In this document: piece after piece, positions 13,404 to 26,159 of the stretch | Position numbering within the stretch: position 1 is the first letter of the stretch | How the letters are laid out: every line of letters begins with the position of its first letter | From: Geosiphon pyriformis uo1 | Taxonomy: Eukaryota; Fungi; Glomeromycota | Direction: 5' to 3' | NCBI GenBank assembly: GCA_016748015.1 | Contig: JAAOMT010000617.1 | Coordinates: forward strand, 974,693 to 1,038,692 | DNA: 64,000 nt | Notes under the pieces: generated by a model | What the model saw: the letters and a program-made list of their open reading frames with translations, nothing else | Database searches by the model: none | What the model was told of the DNA's origin: nothing | Position numbers and translations under genes: made by a program

Positions 13404-14259
13404 TATTACAAGTGATTATTTGGGGTCTCAAAGCAAATAACAAACTTGTAACTTAGTGCTAATAGCTGATATGATTGTTATGATCTGAAGGTTTTGGTTG
13501 TTTGAAGGTTTTGGTTGTCTGAAGATTTAAGTTGAGTTCTTTGTATAATGGACAGAGATTTAATAGTTGTTTTCAGTAGCCTCCTAGAATTACAATTCTG
13601 TTAATTTTTTTCTTAGCTTGGTGGCTGGCAATCTTCTAGTAAGCAATTCATATTTCTTACATGTTTTACTCACTTGCAGGAGTTTTTTATCAGACAATCT
13701 TTGATGTCAATAACTTAGCACTTTAATCTTTAATTAATTAATCAAACAACAAAAAATAACAAAAATAAAAGAAAATAAAATAAAATAAAAGAAAGAAATA
13801 AGCCAAGATAATGAATGTTAGTATCCTGTTAATAGCCATAATTAAGAGCTATTGTTTTAATGTGGTTAAGTATTAGTTACTATCAATATGAAGTATTAAT
13901 AGTAGAGAATAAATTGAGATAACAAATAATTATTTATTGATATTTGTAAACTAGAAAATTGCTTAAATGAAATCTAAACTGAAAGATCTGCTTTTTCTAC
14001 TTCTAATACTACTGTTATATATACATAATTGAGATTTCTTAATTTCTTAATTCTTTACACCAGGAATTTTGGAATTCCTAAAATCTTGCAATTTCTTTGA
14101 AAGAAATTCTGAAATCCTGCAATTTCTTGTATAAGAATTCTGAAATTTTTGGAATTTTGTAATTTCTTTGAGAAAAATCCTAGAATTTCACATTTATTAC
14201 ATCCACTTTTGATTGGCTAATTTATATGCTAATATACTTCCTATATTCTATGAGTAACA
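13404..14259 (-). repeat. 5' LTR of Gypsy-1
   Basis: Direct repeat of 2922-3784, adjacent to the PBS. Confidence 0.95.
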
Positions 14260-14263
14260 ACAG

Positions 14264-14700
14264 TAATTTAATAAATAGTATTATTATAAAACAACTTATA
14301 AACTAAATAAGTTATCAAATTAATTATGCTGTTAATACATATATTATTTTAGCTAATAAAATCATAAAAATTTCAATTAATAAAATTTCAATTTTTTTTT
14401 AAAGTTAATAATATTATTGTATTTATTAAAGTTTTTATTATAGAAGTTACTTAGTATTAAGTACTTATTAATAATAACTAATTGTTTAAAATTAATATTA
14501 CTTTTAATTAAAACATATAAAAATTTTATTTAAGTTATAATAAATATTATATATAAATATTAATAATTTATAGTTATTTTAAAACAATTATTATAATTAA
14601 AATATCTAATTAAATTAAAAAAAATCTTATAATTAAAATTTATTAAGTTTTATAAATTAATAATTTTAAAAAAAAGTCAAAAAAAAACTCTAAATTAATA
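14264..14700. repeat. Ultra AT-rich dispersed repeat, copy (target of Gypsy-1)
   Basis: Colinear with about 53630-54085, e.g. shared tattattgtatttattaaagtttttattata and cttataattaaaa.ttattaagtttt. Confidence 0.75.
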
Positions 14701-14775
14701 ATTTATTTATATATTATTTAACTAAAAAAACATATTTATAAATAAATACTAGTATAAAACTTCAAAAAATCCAAT

Positions 14776-17567
14776 CAAATTTTTTGGTAGTATTTATAAT
14801 GATAAGATTAATTAAATTATAACAGATTATAAACTTACTAATAAATATAAAATATATGATAGTCTAAACCAAGATAAAATCTTCTTTTTTCTGCTTAGGA
14901 GAATTTTTTATGACTCTCTCTTATATAAAGTTAAAAGACATAAATATTTATATGGTTATCATATTAATATTAAATTTGTTGCCAAAATTGGCAGAATAAA
15001 AAACCAATCTGAATTAATTTTCTACTTAGCAGCCAATATTTTTGTTAATAACACGATTTGGGTGAAAAAAAGTTAGATTACTACTCAATATATTTTAAAT
15101 ATTACAAGTGATTTTTTTAAGATTAATAACATCTTAATTAACAATAAAAAAACTGTGGTAATTTTTATTAATTAAAAAATTAGGAATATTTTTTTGTTAA
15201 TAAGTAGTTTGCCAATTTTTATCACATAAAAAAAAGAATTTTATAGATATTTGGATATTTTTTTGTCTTTAAAAAATTTATCTAAACTAAATTTAATAAA
15301 GATCTATTTGAATATTAAATTTTTATTAATATAGTTCTAAAAAAAACTATTTTAGACAAACAATTTTTTTATTTAGTTTTAGCTATATTGTAACTTATTA
15401 TTAGTTATAAAACTCAGTTTAGTTTTATTTCTAGAAGTGTGTACAATAAGTGAGATATGCTAATTAGGAAAAATTTAAGAGTAAAAATTGACTTGTTAAA
15501 GAATTTTCCCAATAAAGCTTTTTATTATTTATTATTGTATAACTTAAAGACATTTAAACAAGTATAAGCAGAAAGTAAAATACCATTTGTTTCAAGTTTT
15601 GCAAATGCTAGTAGTGTTTTCAATTACTTGTTTAATTATAAGGTTTTGGATTTGTAAGTATTAAATTGATTTTTTATTTATTTTTTATTTATTTTTTGCA
15701 ATATTATGTAAAATTAAAAATCAGTTTAATTAATAATTTCTTGGCTAATATAATAATTTTTTTTTTGAATTATAATGTTTTCTTTATGAACAATTTACCT
15801 TCTGTATTTTGATTTTCTGGTGGCATTCCAATGTTTTTTGTTTTGGGAGATTCAATGTTTTATAGTAGTTCTTACTTACTTAAAAAATTTGGTATTGCTT
15901 TTATTAAACAACTATACAATAAAAAAGAGTTGGTTTTTGATTAGAAAAGCTTTTATTATTAAAAAAAACTCAATCTTAGAGGCCCAATTCCTGTTTGGTT
16001 TAAATTGACATGTAATTATTTGGTTAAAGCTGTTCTATATTCTGCTAACTGTTTATTTAATAATAATATATGCCTTATGAATATTTTTAACTTCAGTGAT
16101 TTTTTAATGATAAAATACTGTCTTGTTAATGTCAATTTGAACATTATAAAAGTTTATACTAATAAGTTATTAAAAAATTTGAATAGACATAACTTAAGAT
16201 ACAGTGAGACTGCATTTTTTGCTAATTTGAATTTAAATATAGATGTTAAAATTAGTGATTTAGTCTCTTTTATATTGGTGAAGTTATAAGCAATAACTTT
16301 AATCTTAGAATGTATTTTAGCTTCTAGTGCTGTTGTTGTATATTTAAATAGCCAAACTGCTTTAAATATCTGTACTGCAGAATTGAATATATTTTTATTG
16401 AATTTTTGCAATTGTTGTTGGCTTGAAAGACACAGTATCATGAATTTTATCAAATGTAAAAAACTTATCATTTTCTGGTCCAAAATAAAAAATTATTTGG
16501 ATGTTTTGAATAATAAGTATGCTAATAAGTTAACTAAATTAGTATTATATTTAAATTTGGTACTTCCTATTTATATCAAAAAGAAATACATTAAAGCTAA
16601 AAAAATAGTAGTTTTTAAGAATACTTACTATTTTGTTTAAGATGTTTTTAAGGCCATTTGTTGTATTTGTTAAAAAATTAGGTTTGAATCTAATATTATT
16701 AATAAGAATATAATTAAAAATATAAATTAAATTTAAACATTATTAGTTTGGCATTTTAATTTGTATATGACTTTTGGTTTTATGAATAAAGCTATTGTTG
16801 ATTTATATTCATATTTTAAGAAGGCTCTATATTGTTATTTGCTAATTGCTGTATATAAGCACTTGTATGATAAAGAGTATTTTAGTGTATTATGTCTTAA
16901 TTATGAAAAAATAAAACTTTTTGATTATTTTTTAACATGTAAAATAGATTCTGCTATTTATAAAAATCTGTTTAATAAACATTTAGCTTAGTAAAACTCC
17001 ATATTAAACTTGAACTTGTCATTATTTTATGTCTTATAAATACTCTTTTTATATATGTTTGATGATATTATATATATTACTATATGTAAAAATTTTATGT
17101 TTAGAAAATAGTATTTAGAAACTGTATCTGTTTTTGGCTGTTTTAAAATTGTTGGCAGGAAAATTATTAATTTAGTGTAAGGCTTAGAAATAACTTATTA
17201 TGCTAAGATGTGATTAGTAAAATCTAAGTATAAGGCTTTTATAAAAAAAAATTGTTTGATTATACAGAATAATTCTATGTTTTTAATAATCTATGGTTTA
17301 TTATCTCTGTTCTTGGATGATATTATTAAATTGCTTAGAATTGTAAAAACATATTGTGTTAATTTTAGTTTGCATAGATTGTGTAATTTTTTTGGATATT
17401 GATTATGTGATTTTTGTTAAAATAAATTTATAGTGTTGTTCTGATTAGTTTAAATAGTTGGTTATATATAAAAAATACATAATACATACTTAGTTTAGAT
17501 TACTTAGTTTGATATATAGTACTAAATAATATTTGGATCTTATTTGTAAAATATTAATAATAAAAAA
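14776..17567 (+). mobile_element. 5'-truncated, heavily AT-degraded LINE copy (LINE-A: RT C-terminal half, RNase H, 3'UTR)
   Basis: Colinear with 22840-25625. RNase H remnant IKVYTNKLLKNL...TAFFANLNL. Family 3'UTR and A-rich tail at 17431-17567. Confidence 0.85.
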
Positions 17568-18019
17568 TTTCAAATTATTAATATTTAAAACTTATTTGTA
17601 TTGATTGTAAAAAAAGTTGTTATTTATAAAAACATATAAAAAATAGCTTATTATTACTAATACTATTATTAATTATATATTTTAAAACAATTTAGTTAAT
17701 TAAAAAAGCAAAATAAATAAGACAATAAATTATAACTTACTTATAATATTATCTTATTTAATAAAAAAATATTTTAGAATAAAAAAACACATAATAAATT
17801 ATATTAATATACAAATATTATTAATAATTAAATTAAAAAAAAACTTCTTTTATAATTATTTACGATTTTTTTTAATTAAATAGTTATTTATATAATAAAA
17901 ATAAAATTTAACAAATAATTATAACCAAAATTAATGATATTATAACAATATAAATCTTTATAATCAAAATTACTTTTATTATTAACTCCAAAAAAAAATT
18001 ATTTTTCTTAAAAAACTTA

Positions 18020-18215
18020 AAAATTTTTTATAAATATTACCATATATTAAAAAAAAACAAAAGCAAAAACTTGTTAATTTGATGTAAATATTGTTTTATT
18101 TTATATTAATTTTAATATTATAATAAATGTAATTTTGTTTATAATTTAATATTATGTATTTTTTATTTAAGTTTCAAAATTAATAAGCTAATTAATAAGA
18201 ATAAATAAAAATTAA
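18020..18215. repeat. Ultra AT-rich dispersed repeat, second segment
   Basis: Colinear with about 54105-54320: aaaacaaaagcaaaaactt, gtaaatattgttttattt, tattatgtatttttt, tttcaaaattaa.aagc.aat. Confidence 0.75.
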
Positions 18216-18959
18216 AATCAATATATTGTTATTTTGTATTATAATTTAAGAATTTAGTAAAAAGTTATAAAATATAGCATAATATTAATCTTAAAATAAT
18301 AATAATTAACATAGTAAAAATTACCAAATAATATTAACAGTAAACAATATTTTATAATAACAGTAAATATTATATTAAAATATTAAAAAAAATATTATAA
18401 TATGTTTTCTTATAAAACTACAAATATATATATATTATAATTTTAATATTAAAAAAAAACATTTTATTTTAAAATATTTTAATATTTATATTTAATTATT
18501 TTCTGGTTTTTATTTTTAAAGAAATTTTCAATAAAAAAAAAAAATATTATTAAAAACTTATTTGTATTATCTATAAAATATTAGTTAAATTTTTTAAAAA
18601 AATAATTTTTGATTAAAATTATTTATATTATTATTAAAATTAAAAAAATACTAAAAATTATTAATATTTTATGTTTCTAAATTAGAAAAACATTTTAAAT
18701 AATTACAAAAATAATTTTAAAAAAAACTTTATTAATAGTAAATAGAATTTAAATTAATTTTTTAAAAAAATACATAAATATATATAACAATTAAAATTTT
18801 AAAAATAACTTTTATTATAATATTTACAAAAAAGTTTTTAATATTATATTATTAAAAAAAAATTTTTTTTCCTTTGTCCAAAATTTCCAAAAAAGAGTTA
18901 AAAGTTTTTTTCTGAAAGAAGTTTTTTCTACAATTCAGTATAATAAATTCAAACCTTTT

Positions 18960-20801
18960 TTGGTTAATTATGAAGCCACTGTTGGCTGTAGTATTGCTGT
19001 AATAAAGAAGTCTGTTAAAGACTTTTGTTTTGTTGACAATAGAAAGAACATTAAAAAAGATGTTGCTTTTAGGAAAAAAAAAAGTGGTGTTTTGAAGGAT
19101 AGTGCTGCTAATAAACTAGTCTTGTCTAAAAAAGCTGTTGGTGGTTCTTGGGGGTTTGAAGTTAGTAATACCACTAAATCTGATAGTGTTGACATAAAAA
19201 AGGAGTGTCTGGTAGAGAAAACCAGTGTAGAATATGGTGAGAAAAGTTTGTTTATGGAAGACAATTCTAACCAAATGCTAAAGAGTTTGAGGTTGGTAAC
19301 CATAAAAGTTCTAAGTACACCATTAAAAAAAATCAACTTTTTGGATAATGTTGATGATGATGACATTCTTTTAGATACTCCTGTAATTCTTCTTTCTCCC
19401 TTGAAGAACTTGGTTAATGTTTCTGTTTGGAAATTTTTTGTTATGGATATTGAGCTAGATAAAGTGGCTGAGAAATCTTCTTAGGAAAAGCTGGTGGTGG
19501 TCAGGAAACTATTTTCAAAAGTCAATGGTTTTGAGGGGGTCTCTATTTCCTCAAAATTCTCAGGGATCATCTATGCTTCCTTTACTTCTAAATCTAGTTT
19601 GGCACAGGCTACAGAAAAGACAAGAGTGGCAAATATTTTGGTAAATACTAATCTCAAAAAATCAACTGGTCATTCAAATTGGACTGTGGTGGTTAAGAAA
19701 ATTCCAATTGAAACATTGGCTAAGGCTATATACACTGCACTATCTGAGTTTGGAATAATTAAGTCGATTAAGATGCAATTGGTGGGGCTGTGACAGAAAG
19801 CAGTAGTGAAATTTAAGCAATTGGATTATACTGATTTGGTTGCAGTTAAGTGGTATATTTTAATTAGAAAGAATGCTATGCATGTTGTCAAGACTGATTT
19901 AGACAAAGAGATATGGAATATAAGGGATTATCATAGAGCACTGCTCTATACACTGTTAATGGGAATTAATACTTATAATATCTAGGACTTTGTTCAATCT
20001 GTGAATGAGAAAACTTGTGTTATTGATTACTATCCAGTTATATATGCTCAAGTCAGGTGTGCTGTTGTTTGTTTCAATTCTGCTGAGTCATTAGATGTTA
20101 TTATAAGAACCATATCTGTGCTTAGGGACACTAATTTATATTGGTTTAGTCTTGTTTCTGCCAGATGTGCCAAGTGTAGAAAGTCAGATCATATATCATT
20201 AAGCTGTGTTAAAAGTGGAAAGGTTTCTTTTGGTAGTTTATTGCATAGGGTGCTTTCAGATGTAGATAAAAGCAGGCTGGCTGTGATATATGCCAAACAA
20301 TCTGCTCCAGTTGCTTGTCCTGTTTTTTTTGATGGCTTTTTTTGGGCAAAAGTTGCTAGTGGGTCTTCTTCTCCTCTTCTCTCTGGCCGAATTGTTTTAG
20401 TAAATGTTGGCTTTTCTTTAAAGATAAAGTCATCTTTACCAATTGCAACAAAAATCAATGATAGATTTGCCACTCTTGAGTGCAGTCTTGCCAGTCTCAC
20501 AGAGCATGTTGATATGCTGGCTAAGAGGTTGAAAACACTTGAGCCAATGGTTTCTCAGCTTAGCCCTAAATGTCAGCTGTTGGTAAACCTTTCATCACAG
20601 AATCAAGGGGTGGATATAGTGATGAGTGAAGGTTCAAGTGTGGTCACTAGTGGTGAGACTGTTGTGAGAGCAGTGGTTTTTAATTTTTCTATTATCAGAA
20701 AAATGGAGAACACTTTAAAAAATCTTGCAATTATGGTTATGAGCTTTTTGGCCAAAATAGACAATGCTGGTTTGGTTTCTGCTGCTTTTTTCTCTCAATA
20801 A
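18960..20801 (+). pseudogene. LINE-B ORF1 (RRM-like repeats, CCHC knuckle, coiled coil), disrupted
   Basis: Fragments 18960-19484, 19494-19793 and 20001-20801 in one frame. Knuckle CAKCRKSDHISLSC. True start codon unresolved. Confidence 0.88.
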
Positions 20802-23800
20802 TAGAGCTAGTGTGAAGGCTTGCTATGTGTAATGTTCAGGGTATCAATGTTCCTGTCAAGCAAAAAGACATTGTTTGTTGGCACATAGAATCTGGTAATA
20901 TGATTTTTATTGTTACAAAAACAAAATTGAGGCCTAGTATAAGGCCATAGATCATAAACAGGTTTGATAAGGTGAGAATATTCTCTTCTGGTTTGAACAA
21001 AGGATTTTTTGGTACTGGGATGGTGATCATTTTGAATGATTCTCTTACACATCATGTTGCCAAAATTGAGGAAGTCCCTGGTCATTTTATCTCTATTCGG
21101 CTCCTTTTTAAAGACAAGCTATTGGTGGCAATCTTAGGTCTGTATGCTGGGGCTTTTGCTGAGACCAGATTTAGTCAGTTCTCTGTGATCAACTTTTTTA
21201 TTGCTAAGGCTGTTAATTCCTTTACATTTGTGGTGCTAGGTGAAGATTTCAATAAGAATGGATCTAGGAAAAGTGCAAGTTTTAAGTTCTGCTCAGATTT
21301 GGGCTTGGTCAATGCTTTTAATGGACATTTGCTGGTCAAAGCTTCTACTTGGGGCAATTCAAAGAGTGCCATGAAAGTTATTGATTATATTTTTGTAAGT
21401 AAGAGTTTGTTATCTGCAGTGGCTAGTCACAAGGTCATTTCTGTTTCGGATTTCTTTGATACTGATTATAATGCTGTCATGGTGTCTATTGGTTTGGATG
21501 GGCTCTTAGACATTCAGTTGAATAGCTTGTGAAAACAGACTAACAGAGATTGTTAAAAGTTTAAAATCAAAAATGCAAATAATGTCAAGTGGTTATATTA
21601 TAGGAATTGTTTTTCTGCTAGGCTTTTGGGAGTGAAGAATAGGTTTTTTGTTGCTGCTGCTAATAATAATTTGGACTTAATATGATCATTACTGGAGGGA
21701 ATGATGGTGGAATTTGCAGATAAGATTTTCTCTAAGCATTGGTTCAGTAAATTTCAGTGTTCAAAAAATAAGCAGTTCTCTAAATTTCTGGGGCTTGAGT
21801 TGCTAGTTGCAAAAATTATCAAAAAGTTGAGTTTGGCTGATGTTCTTAGTTTCAATAATCTTGTGAAAAAGTGGTCAACATTAGATGCTAATAAGACTTT
21901 TGTTGTTACTAGCATGGTTTAAGCTAGTGAAAAACAGATGAACATTCTTAACCATTTATCTCTTGTTAGAAGGGAATACAGGAAATTCAAGATATATAAA
22001 TCGAAATTGGCTGAAGAGACATCTATCAGAAATGTGATTGAGCAACACATAGAGAAGTTTTGCCTAGACAAAAGTGACATAATTAGGAGTGTTTTGGATT
22101 GTCTGTTTTACAAAGTGGTGTTGGACCATTTGGTGATAGATGATAAATTGGTTTTAGAACCAGAAAAAGTGAAGTCAAGTGTAGATAAAATTATAGAGGG
22201 TTGGACAAAAAAACATGTGGTGTTTCCAGTGCTGTCTGATCTGTAGGCTTGCTAGTATGTATCACTAGACTATGTTAAGGATAATGTCTTCTTCGATGTG
22301 ATGTGTACAATTAACATGAGTGAATTGGTCCTAGTTGTTGGTAATCTGCCTGATGACAAGGCAGTCAGTCTATCAGGCATTCCTAATAAATTATGGAAGC
22401 ATGGTAGTGAAGAAGTATTAAAGTGTTTATTGGTGCTGTTAAATACATGTTTAACTGTTGGTAGAGTGTTCACTTTGTGGAAGAGAGCATGAATTTCAAT
22501 GATTCTTAAGCCATATGACTGGGATGGCATTTTTATAAACACTCAACTAATAGCACTAATTGAAACTGCTAAAAAGATTCTGTCTAAGGTTTTGTTTGAT
22601 TATATCTCGTTGGCATATAGCAAGTTTAATGTTCTTTAAGGTAACAACTTTTTGGTGCTAAAAGGTATGTCCATACAGTTTTCAGTGTTTGCCATCAGGT
22701 CAGTGGTTAAGGATGCTTTTGAGAAGAATAGAAAAATCTGATTGGTTCTGTAGGACATGTGGAAAGCATATGATTCTGTTGGATAATATCACCTAAAAAC
22801 TAGCTTGTGGCATATCAAAATGTGTAACAGATTTATTGAGTTCTTTGGGAATATACATATGGATAGAATTAATAAGATAATGACTGATTTTGGTCTGTCA
22901 AATGACTACAAGATACATGATAAGTTGGATTAAGATGAGGTCTTCCCACCCCTTTTGTGAAAAATTTTTTACAATCCACTCTTGTATGAGGTTAAATAAC
23001 ATGAGCAATTGTATAGGTACAGGATTAATACTAAATTTGTTTTAAGAACAGATAGAATTAAGAGTGGTGGTGGGATGACATCTTGTTTTGCAGCTGGCAC
23101 ATTTGTTGATAATATTATTTGGGTTGGGAATTGTCAGGCCTCTACTCAGTATACTTTGGACATTGTCAGTGAGTTTTTTGTGATTAATAATATCTTTATT
23201 AACAGTGAAAAGACAGTAGCTATCCCCATTAATCAAGGTGTTAGAGTAGCTTCTTTCAGTATTTGTGGACAGCCAATTTTAATAGCCAAAAAAGGTGAGG
23301 CACATTGTTACTTGGAAATCTTTTTGTCTATGAAGAAGTTGTTTAAGCTTAGTGTTGTCAAAGCTTATTTTGACATTCATTTTTTCATTAATGTTTTGCT
23401 TAAGAAGACTGTTACAGATAAGCAGTTCTTGTACTTGGTCTTGGCTGTTTTGCAGTCTATAGTTAGCTATTGAACTCAGTTTAGTTTTGTTTTGTTAAAT
23501 ATTTGTCACAGATAGGATGTTATGATTAGAAAGGGCCTCAAGTCTAAAACATGTTTGCCATATAATTTTCCTAGTGAGACTTTGCATTACCCATCTTTGT
23601 ATGGTTTAAAGTCATTTGAGCAAGTCCAAGCTGAGAGTAAATTGGCTGCTATAATTTCATTTTCTAATGTTCATGGAATTCTTGGTCATTTGTTTCATTA
23701 CCAGTTCTTGGATTTGCAGGTTTTGGGTTGGGCTTTTTTAGATTTTTTATGGTTTTCTGTTAGGTTGTATGTTAGCCCAGTGAACAATTTCTTGGCTGGT

Positions 23801-25489
23801 GTGGTTAGAATTTTTTTGGACAATAAGCTATCTCTGACAAACATATTACTCAGTGCTTTCCATAATTCTAGTGTCTTTCCAATGTCTTTGGTCTTGGAAA
23901 AGTCTTTGTTCTTTGATTCTGTTTGTTTCTTAAAGTGTTTTGGGGTTGTTTTTGATGACTGACTGTATGATAAGAAAGGGAGAGTGATGGACTGGAAAAC
24001 TTTCCACCACTAAAAAAGATTGGATCCTAGAGGTCCTGTGCCTTATTGGTTTGTGCTTACTTCTAAATTTTTGAATGATAAGGGTTTCTTGAAATCTGTC
24101 TCTGTAGTTTTTTCTTCTTTTTTGTCTGGTTTGAGCATTTCAGATTCCAAGAAGTTTTTGAATATTCAAGATGGCTTGCATGAAGTTTGGTCTAGCATTT
24201 TTGAAGTCTATACAGATGATTTATTGAAGAATGCTGGTTCTGCTAATGTCATGAGTAGGGCAGCTGCATATTTTCTAGTTTTAGACATGAGTGTTGACAT
24301 AGAAGTTTAGGACTTTCTTTCTTCTACTATGGCTGAATTACAAGTGGTTGCCTTGGCTTTGAAGTGTGTTCTGTTCTCTTGTAGTGTAGATTTATATCTT
24401 AATAGTCAAGCTGCTATTGATGCATGTGTGTCTGAGATGTTATTTGTTTCTTTTGATTTTCATAATCATTGCTGGATGGAAAGAAGACATATTTTCAATT
24501 TGGTCTAGAATAAAAATCTTACTGTATATTGGATTAAGGTCAAGGGTCATTTTAAAGTTGCCAATAATGTGAAGACTAATACTTTGGTTGGTGAAGCAGC
24601 AGGTTCTCCTGTTTTTTTACTTGTGGATGTGCAAAAACATTTTTTGATGACTGAGGGCATGGCTGTATCTGGCAATACTTGTCACTTTGTTTGGGATGTG
24701 TTCAGGTCTGTTTGTCGAGCTTGTTGGAAAGTGGGTTTTAGTCACAATGTGATTTCAAGAATGTTAGTTGGTAATGTGAATTGGGTCACCATTTCAAGGG
24801 TGTAGTATCCCAATTCACACATGCTTACAGGGTTTACTAGTCAGAAGTTGGCCACTTTGTGCATGTATATGATAAAAGCTGTGCATTATAGGCTGTTTGT
24901 TGCTGTCCATAAGAAGCTTTATAATAAGGAGTATTCTGGTGTGCTTTGTTTATTGTGTGATAAGATGGAATTGCCAGATCATGTTTTTACTTGTGTTTGG
25001 GATGTTGACATTCGAAGAGAGATTTTGTTTGAGGCTTCTATATTTTGGACTTTCTTGGTTGGTGTTCATTGCTTGTCTTTTTCTGCTGTTTCTTAAGTGC
25101 TTGATTTTTGTCAATCGGATGTTGGCTTGTATTTGGTAATATACAAGGGTTTTATGCTGAAGAATTGATGTAAGGAGGCTATTGGGGTTTTTAATGAAAA
25201 AAAAGAGCTGTTAGCTTTGTTGTTGATTTGATTGGGAGGTTGGTCAAGCTGCATTATTCTAAAGTGTGGTTGATGAGATCTGAGTTTAGGGTACATATAG
25301 AGAAGACTGGTTTGATTGGTGATGATGGTATGTTGTCAGGTCTTTCATGTTGTGCAGAATCAGTATTATTGGATAGTATGATCAAATTTCTTGGTGTGTT
25401 AGAATTTTTTGCTCTTAGCTTTGGTTATTGCAGGTCTTGTTTTTTTTTCTGGTTTGGATGATAGTTTTCATGTTAATATAGGTGTGTAG
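20801..25489 (+). pseudogene. LINE-B ORF2 (APE endonuclease, reverse transcriptase, RNase H, C-terminal zinc finger), disrupted
   Basis: APE: CNVQGIN, LGEDFN, IDYIFVS, DTDY. RT: DMWKAYDSV, decayed FVDD (TFVDNIIWV). RNase H: VYTD, AELQ, WIKVKGH. Zinc finger: CLLCDKMELPDHVFTC. Confidence 0.92.
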
Positions 25490-26159
25490 TATTGCCTTGT
25501 CTAGCCTAAGTGGCTAGCCATATGTAGAAAGTACATAAATCATATTTAGTTTGAGCCACTTAGTTTGGTTCCATGTACTAGATAGCAGTTGGATTTCATT
25601 CATTAAATAAATTAATAAAAAAATAATATATTATTATTATTATATAAATAAAATTAAAAAACTTATAAAAAACTAATTATAATTAAAATAAAAATATTAA
25701 TAATTAATATTTCAAGAAAATATTTTCATAATATTTGGTAAATTTTATAAGAAAAAAAAATCAAAAAATAATAATAATTAACAATAATTTATTGCTAAAA
25801 AAAACCAAAATAATAACAAAAACTTTTAATTTTGCTATTATTAAATTCTATTATACTCTTTATTTACAATATTAAAGTAACTTTAAATTACCGAAAAATA
25901 TTATTTAGTTAAAAATACTTTTAAATATTATATTAATATCAGAATAAATTATTACATAAAAAAAAACCATATAATATAAAACTTGAATTATATAAAAATT
26001 TATAACAATATATTACAAAAAAAACAATAATAATAACCAAAATTATTGTTAAATCTACCATAAAATTAAGTATTATATCAATAAAAATTATTTAATATTT
26101 ACAGAAAATACCAAAAAATATGCAAAAAAACTTTAATAACTCTTTGTCTCCTTAATTTT

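Larger units (their letters stand above)
2922..14259 (-). mobile_element. Ty3/Gypsy LTR retrotransposon (Gypsy-1), full length, degenerate
   Basis: Paired LTRs 2922-3784 and 13404-14259 with T(G>A)TTAC...TAACA termini. 4-bp TSD ACAG at 2918-2921 and 14260-14263. PBS and PPT present. Domain order PR-RT-RH-IN. Confidence 0.95.
18860..25625 (+). mobile_element. Full-length non-LTR retrotransposon (LINE-B; ORF1 + APE-RT-RNaseH-ZnF)
   Basis: Two-ORF layout, 5' motif shared with LINE-D, conserved 3'UTR and A-rich tail. Confidence 0.93.
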
